Virus record (IMG/VR): IMGVR_UViG_3300022752_000014
DNA length: 64,000 nt
Source of the DNA: a virus
Lineage: Duplodnaviria; Caudoviricetes
Strand: one strand, 5' to 3'
The first letter of the stretch is position 1; each line of letters begins with the position of its first letter. Positions 19,506 through 26,296 of this stretch are shown here, one piece after another. The notes under the pieces are model-generated. The model did no database searches and was not told the origin of the DNA. It worked only from the letters and a program-made list of their open reading frames with translations. The position numbers were made by a program, and so were the translations under genes.

Positions 19506-19904
19506 ATGTTCAATTTTAATTTCGGAAAGAAGAAACCAGATAAGAACCAGATAATCCTTATAAGCGTTGTATTAAGTGGTATCGTAGCAACACTCTCCCA
19601 ATGCACTGGAGCGTCCCAGGAGACGCTCTGGGACCTCTTAGACGAGGTTCAGAGGTCTCTGTTCCCAGGAACGATAATCAACGATGTGCTGCTTAAAGAC
19701 CCAAAGATTATCGAAAGGAGAGTTGAGCGTGATGTTGATAGAGCCATTCGTGAATATGAACGCTTGACAGGGGACACTGGAACGCCTAAAATACCTTTGC
19801 CACGGTTAAGCGAGAAAGCTCCAGATGGCTCAGAGGTTCAAAGATTATTAGGAGGTGAAATGAGAATCTGTTCTGTATGGGTTGACGACTGCCCTAAGGA
19901 CTGA
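19506..19904 (+). CDS. Hypothetical membrane-anchored protein
   Basis: MFNFNFGKKK...IILISVVLSGIVATLSQC. Confidence 0.7.
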   Translation: MFNFNFGKKKPDKNQIILISVVLSGIVATLSQCTGASQETLWDLLDEVQRSLFPGTIINDVLLKDPKIIERRVERDVDRAIREYERLTGDTGTPKIPLPRLSEKAPDGSEVQRLLGGEMRICSVWVDDCPKD

Positions 19905-19910
19905 TACAAT
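19882..19910 (+). promoter_or_regulatory. Sigma70-type promoter of tRNA array
   Basis: TTGACG-17-TACAAT. Confidence 0.7.
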
Positions 19911-19918
19911 ACTCTTAT

Positions 19919-19992
<74 letters not shown>

Positions 19993-19996
19993 CCTT

Positions 19997-20078
19997 GTCG
20001 ATGTGGCGGAATTGGTAGACGCGCTGGGTTTAGGTTCCAGTAGATTAATCTGTGAAGGTTCAAGTCCTTTCATCGACA
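19997..20078 (+). tRNA. tRNA-Leu(UAG)
   Basis: CTGGG-TTTAGGT-TCCAG; long variable arm. Confidence 0.92.
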
Positions 20079-20079
20079 C

Positions 20080-20112
20080 TTGACAATCATACTCAACTAC
20101 TCTATGATTGTC
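20080..20112 (+). promoter_or_regulatory. Sigma70-type promoter spanned by a 10-bp inverted repeat
   Basis: TTGACA-17-TATGAT; GACAATCATA...TATGATTGTC. Confidence 0.7.
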
Positions 20113-20118
20113 TTATAA

Positions 20119-20189
20119 GCGGGTATGGTGTAGCGGTAACACGCCATCCTTCCAAGTTGGAATCACCGGTTCGAACCCGGTTACCCGCT
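20119..20189 (+). tRNA. tRNA-Gly(UCC)
   Basis: CCATC-CTTCCAA-GTTGG. Confidence 0.92.
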
Positions 20190-20277
20190 CTTGGTAGTCG
20201 TTAGGCAGATAGCCTAGAAAGACGCCAATGGGAGAAGTGATCCTGCGGGTTCGCCCAAGAGCTCTCCTTCTCCTCAT

Positions 20278-20349
20278 TCCTCCTTGGCGCAGCGGTAGCG
20301 CAGATGACTGTTAATCATTTGGTCCCTGGTTCGAATCCAGGAGGGGGAG
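20278..20349 (+). tRNA. tRNA-Asn(GUU)
   Basis: GATGA-CTGTTAA-TCATT. Confidence 0.93.
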
Positions 20350-20480
20350 TTGGAAGTACTTCGGTTCTTCCAACTATGTTCTGGGTGGAATTCCCAGCGG
20401 TTTCGTTAGAGACTGTCCTTTGTAGGTTCGATGCCTACATCTTCCTTATGGGAGATAAGAGTGGCTACTGGAAACATAAC
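20350..20480 (+). ncRNA. tRNA-like multi-hairpin element of unknown class
   Basis: T-arm-like GTAGG-TTCGATG-CCTAC plus several other stems. Confidence 0.4.
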
Positions 20481-20482
20481 AC

Positions 20483-20554
20483 GGGCGATTAGCGCAGCGG
20501 TAGCGCAGTTGCTTTACACGCAATTGGTCGGCGGTTCGAATCCGTCATCGCCCA
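20483..20554 (+). tRNA. tRNA-Val(UAC)
   Basis: GTTGC-TTTACAC-GCAAT. Confidence 0.95.
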
Positions 20555-20582
20555 CTTGATAAATATTTAAAAAAAGAGTATA

Positions 20583-21017
20583 ATGGAAAAACTATTTAAA
20601 CTCTTGAGTGATGCTCAGTCATCACTTTTTGTTTTGTTTCATAAAACTTGGGCATTTCATTGGAATGTAGTTGGTTCTGATTTTACTCAACTACATCAAC
20701 TCTTTGGTGGACAGTATGAAACTATGTTTGAAGAGATTGATCGTCTCTCAGAGCATATGCGTTATTTGAATGTAAAACCTCTCAGTTCTCTCTCTAGAAT
20801 GCTTGAGGTTACACAGATTAAGGAGGCAGCAAGTTCCACAGGAGCAAAAGAAATGCTCCAAGAACTTCTTGAAAATAACGAAAAGTTTTGTGAATTAATG
20901 CAAGGGATTTCAGAAGAAGCAGAAGAGCAAAAGCAATATGCGACTGCTAATCTAGTTCAAGATTTAATGGAATCTCACGGCAAATTTGTTTGGCAGTTAA
21001 GATCTCATTTACAATGA
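20583..21017 (+). CDS. dps: Dps ferritin-like protein
   Basis: HWNVVGSDFTQLHQLF...EEIDRLSEH...ESHGKFVWQLRS. Confidence 0.9.
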   Translation: MEKLFKLLSDAQSSLFVLFHKTWAFHWNVVGSDFTQLHQLFGGQYETMFEEIDRLSEHMRYLNVKPLSSLSRMLEVTQIKEAASSTGAKEMLQELLENNEKFCELMQGISEEAEEQKQYATANLVQDLMESHGKFVWQLRSHLQ

Positions 21018-21032
21018 GTAGGATGAAGGACA

Positions 21033-21284
21033 ATGATTTCAATACGATGCAAAGATTGCAATAAAGAAATAACAGGGCACCCAACAAAAACAATCACTTG
21101 TGGTTGTTCAAATATGGCAACAATTCGTGGCGATAAGATTTCAGCACTTGACTTATCACGTATTGTAATGCTAAACTCTATTCAGAAAGAACAAAAAACA
21201 AATGTTCTCTCTTCACAAGATATTGCCTGGCAAGAGGCAAGACGCCAACGCAAAGTAAAGCGTTTGGATTTTGAGGTTCGTTGA
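21033..21284 (+). CDS. Small Zn-ribbon hypothetical protein
   Basis: CKDC...CGC. Confidence 0.65.
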   Translation: MISIRCKDCNKEITGHPTKTITCGCSNMATIRGDKISALDLSRIVMLNSIQKEQKTNVLSSQDIAWQEARRQRKVKRLDFEVR

Positions 21285-21295
21285 ACCTCCCCACT

Positions 21296-21380
21296 GGAAA
21301 GGTGGTCGAGTGGTTGAAGGCTCTAGTCTTGAAAACTAGCGATGTGAAAGCATCCGTGGGTTCGAATCCCACCCTTTCCG
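21296..21380 (+). tRNA. tRNA-Ser(UGA)
   Basis: CTAGT-CTTGAAA-ACTAG; long variable arm. Confidence 0.95.
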
Positions 21381-21494
21381 TTTCAATAAGTTACAAATTT
21401 AACAATTGCTTAATAAGTGTTACGTAACGAACACAAAAGATTGACTGTGAAAGTCTTGTGGATAGTATATAGTAGTATCACAAGTATTAAACCT

Positions 21495-21644
21495 ATGGAT
21501 CAACACACCTATGAAAACTGGGTGAAGATCAAGGAAACTTTTGAAGCTTCTGGCAACACCGACAACATGTTTTATTATAGATCTTGCGAAATTGTAAAAA
21601 CTAAAAAAGATCCTCTTGCAAAATTTCTTGGAGACGAGAAATGA
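21495..21644 (+). CDS. Hypothetical protein (49 aa)
   Basis: MDQHTYENWVKIKETFE... Confidence 0.6.
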   Translation: MDQHTYENWVKIKETFEASGNTDNMFYYRSCEIVKTKKDPLAKFLGDEK

Positions 21645-21844
21645 TGCACGAACAAGAAGAATTAGTTACACGTTCTGAAGTTCAGGAGATGATTGATGCT
21701 GCTATACGAAGGCACAATCGGAATGCTTCCATTATTAGTATGTGCGTTGGGTGGGTGGTTCTTGCTTTATTTGCTGAAGGACTGCTAAGACTGATTGGGG
21801 TTATTCCGCCAGTTCTACCATGGCTCAAGATTACTCTCCACTAA
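21641..21844 (+). CDS. Small membrane protein
   Basis: IISMCVGWVVLALFAEGLLRLIGVIPP. Confidence 0.65.
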   Translation: MMHEQEELVTRSEVQEMIDAAIRRHNRNASIISMCVGWVVLALFAEGLLRLIGVIPPVLPWLKITLH

Positions 21845-22131
21845 TATTTTTAGTTCCTTGGTTTGTACTTGTGGGTATTGCACTTTCAATGATTGTGCAA
21901 GGTTGGATGATTATGAATGCTCAACACGGGTATTCTAAGAGTCCAAAAGTAAAACATCCAGAGTTAAACGACGTTAAAGCAGGAGACCCGTTACTAGTGG
22001 TTAGATTTACAGACGAAGACATCGAACAACTTCAAAGAAGAGTTTTACAACAGAAGATAGACGAATTATTCGAAGAACCCTCTAGTTACGAGGACGACGA
22101 TGATGACGATGGAATGGCAGGAGTTAATTGA
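21820..22131 (+). CDS. Membrane protein, DUF2973-like
   Basis: N-terminal TM, KHPEL...LLVVRF. Confidence 0.55.
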   Translation: MAQDYSPLIFLVPWFVLVGIALSMIVQGWMIMNAQHGYSKSPKVKHPELNDVKAGDPLLVVRFTDEDIEQLQRRVLQQKIDELFEEPSSYEDDDDDDGMAGVN

Positions 22132-22222
22132 ATTCCTTACAAAACAAATCTTGATTTTTATCGTGTTTATGTGTGGACTTATTGTTGGTTATGTTTATGG
22201 ACTACGAGAAGGAGGACAATGA
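22109..22222 (+). CDS. Single-TM micro-protein (37 aa)
   Basis: MEWQELIEFLTKQILIFIVFMCGLIVGYVYGLREGGQ*. Confidence 0.55.
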   Translation: MEWQELIEFLTKQILIFIVFMCGLIVGYVYGLREGGQ

Positions 22223-22311
22223 ACAAAAATTTACTGTTCAATGCATTAACTGTAATTGGTGCAATTGGATGCTTTGTTATATGGGGTTTAAATAACGCTT
22301 ATCCACAATGA
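22219..22311 (+). CDS. Single-TM micro-protein (30 aa), NdhQ-like C-terminus
   Basis: MNKNLLFNALTVIGAIGCFVIWGLNNAYPQ*; GGAGG SD; ATGA overlaps at both ends. Confidence 0.55.
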   Translation: MNKNLLFNALTVIGAIGCFVIWGLNNAYPQ

Positions 22312-22808
22312 AAAAACTCAACGATACAATTCTAACAGTCACGATTGCAATCATTGACTTTCTGTATCGTGACTTACCCATTCAAAGATTCTGGGTTCTA
22401 GAGACTATTGCCAGAGCACCTTACTTTGCCTTTTTAAGTGTGTTGCATCTGAGAGAGTCTCTTGGATTGCGAACAGATTCACACTACTATTTGATGAAAG
22501 AACACTTTGCACAAACCGTCAATGAAACAGAACACCTTATCGAAATGGAATCGCGTGGTGGGAGTAACCGTTGGATTGACCGCTTTTTCGCTTATCATTT
22601 GGTTATCATCTATTATTGGATTCTGGTGGTTTATTATTCTATTGCTCCCATCTCTGCTTATCATCTAAACACGGGTATTGAGTATCACGCCACAGAAACT
22701 TATCTCTCATACCTCTGGGAGCATCCAGAAGACACAAAGATCGCTGAGATTGCGGTTGATGAAATGAATCACTATATTGAACTTACAAGAGCAATGGAGA
22801 TGATTTGA
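22308..22808 (+). CDS. ptoX: Plastoquinol terminal oxidase
   Basis: RFWVLETIARAPYFAFLSVLH, ETEH, EYHATETY, DEMNH di-iron ligands. Confidence 0.95.
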   Translation: MKKLNDTILTVTIAIIDFLYRDLPIQRFWVLETIARAPYFAFLSVLHLRESLGLRTDSHYYLMKEHFAQTVNETEHLIEMESRGGSNRWIDRFFAYHLVIIYYWILVVYYSIAPISAYHLNTGIEYHATETYLSYLWEHPEDTKIAEIAVDEMNHYIELTRAMEMI

Positions 22809-22930
22809 TGTTATTAGCAAAAGCACTTTTATTTGTTTCAATTCCTTTCGTTTTAGCAACACTCTATTTCGGAACAAAAGGAGGGTATTATGACTCCAAA
22901 GATTATAAGGGAAACGGAACCGCACATTAG
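22808..22930 (+). CDS. ndhP: NdhP-like small subunit of photosynthetic complex I (NDH-1L), 40 aa
   Basis: MLLAKALLFVSIPFVLATLYFGTKGGYYDSKDYKGNGTAH*; TM + FGT.x.G.YD...Y.GNG.AH signature. Confidence 0.82.
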   Translation: MLLAKALLFVSIPFVLATLYFGTKGGYYDSKDYKGNGTAH

Positions 22931-23108
22931 GCAAAGATACCACTTTGCGACAACTGCATTTGTAAGAATGTGGGGGCACAGTTCACTACACGATCATAAG
23001 ATTGTAGACTTTTGTATTGAATGGGCACATAAAGAAGAGAATGCTCCACTTGACAACACAGTTGATCAATATTTTTATTATGAATTTAAGACTTGGAGGG
23101 GATATTGA
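22890..23108 (+). CDS. Hypothetical protein
   Basis: 72 aa; overlaps the ndhP-like ORF in another frame. Confidence 0.6.
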   Translation: MTPKIIRETEPHIRQRYHFATTAFVRMWGHSSLHDHKIVDFCIEWAHKEENAPLDNTVDQYFYYEFKTWRGY

Positions 23109-23260
23109 TGGGACACTTTGCAAGATGGGTATTAGAAAATCCATATACTCTGGGTATTATTGGATATCTGTTAATTGTTGTACCTATTATGGGTATCTGG
23201 GCAATTCATAAGTATGGTTGGCAGCACTGGGCTCCATTTGACAAGGGGCACAAGGAGTAG
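23108..23260 (+). CDS. Single-TM micro-protein (50 aa)
   Basis: MGHFARWVLENPYTLGIIGYLLIVVPIMGIWAIHKYGWQHWAPFDKGHKE*. Confidence 0.6.
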   Translation: MGHFARWVLENPYTLGIIGYLLIVVPIMGIWAIHKYGWQHWAPFDKGHKE

Positions 23261-23266
23261 TATAAT
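23238..23266 (+). promoter_or_regulatory. Sigma70-type promoter
   Basis: TTGACA-17-TATAAT. Confidence 0.8.
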
Positions 23267-23300
23267 TAGTTCTGTTGAGAGGCAAGACCACTCAACGCAA

Positions 23301-23374
23301 CGGGGTGTAGCGCAGCTTGGTAGCGCATCTGCTTTGGGAGCAGAGGGTCGCAGGTTCGAATCCTGTCACCCCGA
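23301..23374 (+). tRNA. tRNA-Pro(UGG)
   Basis: TCTGC-TTTGGGA-GCAGA; C1:G72. Confidence 0.95.
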
Positions 23375-23392
23375 CTCATAAAACTTTACATT

Positions 23393-23632
23393 ATGAAAAT
23401 GTACAAAGACCTTAACGAACTCGAATCATTTACGGTTGAACAGTTTCAGGTAGATTTTGATACTCTGATAGAAAGAGTTGAAAATGGAGAATCATTTATC
23501 ATAACAGATGGGGAAAGGAACGCGGTAATAGTTCCTTATAACGAAACTATTAAGTTTGCAGTAGAATCAACAGAATCAATTGTGGATGACGAAATGATAC
23601 GTCTTCACACTGATCACGAAGAGGGATCGTAA
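23393..23632 (+). CDS. Phd/YefM-like small protein
   Basis: FDTLIERVENGESFIITDGERNAVIVP. Confidence 0.6.
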   Translation: MKMYKDLNELESFTVEQFQVDFDTLIERVENGESFIITDGERNAVIVPYNETIKFAVESTESIVDDEMIRLHTDHEEGS

Positions 23633-23639
23633 ACTAACT

Positions 23640-23711
23640 GGGGGTGTCGCATAAAGGTCAATGCGCTCTGCTTATAACGGAGTCATCCTGGTTCAAGTCC
23701 AGGCATCCCTA
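23640..23711 (+). tRNA. tRNA-Ile(UAU)
   Basis: CTCTG-CTTATAA-CGGAG; T-arm CCTGG-TTCAAGT-CCAGG. Confidence 0.85.
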
Positions 23712-23766
23712 TGGAGGTTTCGTGCCTGTGAAGAGGAAACTCTGAGGCTGTGTAAATCCTCCTTTT

Positions 23767-23839
23767 GCTCCTTTAGCTATCTGGTGAAAGCACCCGACTC
23801 ATAATCGGATACAGGCGAGTTCGATCCTCGCAGGGAGCA
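23767..23839 (+). tRNA. tRNA with CAU anticodon (Met or Ile2)
   Basis: CCGA-CTCATAA-TCGG; G1:C72, so not a typical initiator. Confidence 0.88.
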
Positions 23840-23840
23840 C

Positions 23841-23870
23841 TTGACAGAAACCCTGTCAAACCCTTATAAT
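23841..23870 (+). promoter_or_regulatory. Sigma70-type promoter with inverted repeat
   Basis: TTGACA-18-TATAAT; TTGACAG-AAACC-CTGTCAA. Confidence 0.7.
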
Positions 23871-23892
23871 ACTAAGGTCAACATTCAAAACA

Positions 23893-24105
23893 ATGACTCT
23901 CACAGCAAAATTCAAGAAAGACGTTCAAACTCTGCGTGGTGCAGCAAACGGCGAATTCTACCTTGATGTAAAGAATCCGAAACTCTACAAAAAGGTTCGT
24001 CGGTACTATGAGAATGAGGGTGTAGTATTTTCTGGTGATCCTCTGGATGATTATGAGATGCTTATGGAATACGTCGCTAGTGATCTTGAAGCGGTCGAAG
24101 CGTGA
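23893..24105 (+). CDS. Conserved hypothetical protein
   Basis: 70 aa. Confidence 0.7.
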   Translation: MTLTAKFKKDVQTLRGAANGEFYLDVKNPKLYKKVRRYYENEGVVFSGDPLDDYEMLMEYVASDLEAVEA

Positions 24106-24368
24106 TGAATGTAGTAAGAAAACCAACTGTTCTTATGGAGCGGTTTCCTTATCGTTATGTTCAGGTCGGTACTTTGGAAATCAATGGAAAACCTGATTGT
24201 CGAATTCAAAAAGTAGATTCCTATACTGGTCGTTATCGTGATATGTATCTCTGCGATAATGAGATGCAACTGATGACTGCTATGGAAGACTTTGATTATA
24301 CCTGTTGGTTAGATCCAGACAGGGTTCCTGCTTATGTGCAGGACGATGAAGACACGGATGGTCTATAA
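24102..24368 (+). CDS. Conserved hypothetical protein
   Basis: 88 aa, ERFPYRYVQVG. Confidence 0.7.
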   Translation: MMNVVRKPTVLMERFPYRYVQVGTLEINGKPDCRIQKVDSYTGRYRDMYLCDNEMQLMTAMEDFDYTCWLDPDRVPAYVQDDEDTDGL

Positions 24369-24394
24369 CAGCACTGGTCGGGAGCAAACCCCTT

Positions 24395-24622
24395 ATGGAA
24401 AAGTCTGATTTACTTCGGTGGATTGGAAATAGTCTTCTCATTATTGGTTATCAAATTATGCTATGGGGAGACTTTAAAAATGGTTTGTTGCTAAAATGTA
24501 TTGGAGGATTACTCACAGTACCTTTTGCGATCAAACTTAAACTTTGGGATGTGCTTTTCTTATGCGCTTTCTTTGGTATTTCCGAGATATCAAAATTATC
24601 CCAACTTTTCTTGGTTTCCTAA
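24395..24622 (+). CDS. Small multi-TM protein
   Basis: 75 aa, hydrophobic; GGAG SD. Confidence 0.6.
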   Translation: MEKSDLLRWIGNSLLIIGYQIMLWGDFKNGLLLKCIGGLLTVPFAIKLKLWDVLFLCAFFGISEISKLSQLFLVS

Positions 24623-24755
24623 AACCAAGTGGTGGAGTCAAGTATGACCCTATTATGAGTTTCTTGCTTCTCTCAAGAGCAAGTGGTGCGGATGGGACTC
24701 TCTCCCGCCTGGTTTCCAATTTCCAGTCAAAGAATTGGTGGCGAGCCTGAGTTAC
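24610..24755 (+). ncRNA. wcaG/manA-like structured RNA
   Basis: Three hairpins each followed by TGGYG; upstream of sugar-nucleotide genes. Confidence 0.5.
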
Positions 24756-24759
24756 CTAA

Positions 24760-24794
24760 GGTGGGTTGCATAAACCCACCTTTTTTAGTATAAT
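24760..24794 (+). promoter_or_regulatory. Fused terminator/promoter cassette, copy 1
   Basis: GGTGGGTT-GCATA-AACCCACC-T6; TTGCAT-17-TATAAT. Confidence 0.75.
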
Positions 24795-24812
24795 GACAAA
24801 AACTATATTCAT

Positions 24813-25304
24813 ATGAAAATCGGTTTTAACTGTAGTTGCTTTGATCTTTTTCACGCAGGGCACGTTACAATGCTCAAGATGGAAAAAGAAATGTGTGACT
24901 ATTTGAAGATAGCACTTCAGGTTGATCCGACAGTTGATAGACCAGGTTTAAAAAATAAACCAGTGCAGTCCATCTATGAAAGATATGCTCAGGTGCAAGG
25001 ATGTAAATATGTGGATGAGATACTTGTTTATGATTCAGAAGCAGATCTTTTGAATTTAATTAAAACTCAAACCTTTCACATTAGATTTTTGAGTGAGGAA
25101 TATAAGGATATTGATTTCACAGGTAAGCAATATTGTATTGATAACGATATTGAGATTTACTATCATCTGAGAAGGCATCAATATTCAACCACAGAACTCA
25201 GAAATCGTGTTTACGAACTTGAGAAAGCAAAAAGGGAAGAGAAAGATATTAAAGATATTTTACAGTATTCTCCAGAACTCTTAGAAAGATACGGACAAAA
25301 ATGA
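24813..25304 (+). CDS. Cytidylyltransferase (TagD-like)
   Basis: CFDLFHAGHV, STTELRNR. Confidence 0.85.
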   Translation: MKIGFNCSCFDLFHAGHVTMLKMEKEMCDYLKIALQVDPTVDRPGLKNKPVQSIYERYAQVQGCKYVDEILVYDSEADLLNLIKTQTFHIRFLSEEYKDIDFTGKQYCIDNDIEIYYHLRRHQYSTTELRNRVYELEKAKREEKDIKDILQYSPELLERYGQK

Positions 25305-26233
25305 CTATCTTAGTTACAGGTGGAGCAGGATTTATTGGAAGTAATTTTCTTCATTACCTTGTTGCATGTACTACCGAAGAAATTATTTGTCTTGATAAAT
25401 TGACCTATGCTGCGGATTGGCATAATATTCCAGATCCAGTAAAACTTTATACAATAGATATTGCTAATGAACAAGAATGTGAAATAGCATTTAAGAATAA
25501 TAAAATAACAAATGTATTCCACTTTGCCGCAGAAAGTCATGTAGATAATTCAATTAAAGATTGTTCTCCATTTGTTCATACTAATATTAGTGGTACTATA
25601 AGTATTCTGAACTTGTCTTTAAAGTACGGAGTTGAGAAGTTCATCCACATCTCTACTGATGAAGTTTATGGGTCAATTGATTTTGGTCAATTTACAGAAC
25701 AATCAAATTATTCTCCAAGAAATCCATACTCCGCATCAAAGGCAGCAAGCGATCATTTTGTAATGGCATATCATAACACATATGGTCTGCCTGCAATAAT
25801 TACGAATTGTTCCAACAACTATGGACCTAGACAATATCAGGAAAAGATGATTCCGAAGACAATCACCAATTTGTTGTCTGGTAAAAAAATTCCTGTTTAT
25901 GGAGATGGTAAACAAGTTCGTGATTGGTTATATGTACAGGATCACTGTGAAGCGTTGATCGAAGTTTGGTTAAAAGGTAGAATCGGGCAAAAATATAATA
26001 TTGGTGGTGAGTGTGAAGTTCGCAATATCGATCTGGTCAGAATGATTCTAGACCGTATGAATATGAAAGAAGATATGATAGAATATATCAATGATAGACC
26101 TGGGCATGACCGTCGTTATTCTACGGATATTGCTAAGATTCGCCACGAATTAAAATGGTCTCCCAGATTTGACCTAGATACTGGGTTGGATAAAACTATT
26201 GCTTGGTATACTGAACGACATGATCATAATTGA
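25301..26233 (+). CDS. rmlB: dTDP-glucose 4,6-dehydratase
   Basis: TGGAGFIG, AAESHVD, STDEVYG, YSASK, DRPGHDRRY. Confidence 0.92.
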   Translation: MTILVTGGAGFIGSNFLHYLVACTTEEIICLDKLTYAADWHNIPDPVKLYTIDIANEQECEIAFKNNKITNVFHFAAESHVDNSIKDCSPFVHTNISGTISILNLSLKYGVEKFIHISTDEVYGSIDFGQFTEQSNYSPRNPYSASKAASDHFVMAYHNTYGLPAIITNCSNNYGPRQYQEKMIPKTITNLLSGKKIPVYGDGKQVRDWLYVQDHCEALIEVWLKGRIGQKYNIGGECEVRNIDLVRMILDRMNMKEDMIEYINDRPGHDRRYSTDIAKIRHELKWSPRFDLDTGLDKTIAWYTERHDHN

Positions 26234-26296
26234 TTATTTGCTACATACTAAACTAATTATCAATCGAAATATTGGCGTCAGAGATGAATTACAAAA

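Noticed and set aside
21178-21372. Minus-strand ORF MGFEPTDAF...
   Set aside because: Typical artefact of reading a tRNA-Ser antisense
23175-23381. 68-aa ORF ending in GRRFESCHPD
   Set aside because: Runs through tRNA-Pro; the real CDS is 23108-23260 in another frame
24537-24750. Two ORFs over the UGGYG hairpin region
   Set aside because: No coding signal; the region is better explained as structured RNA
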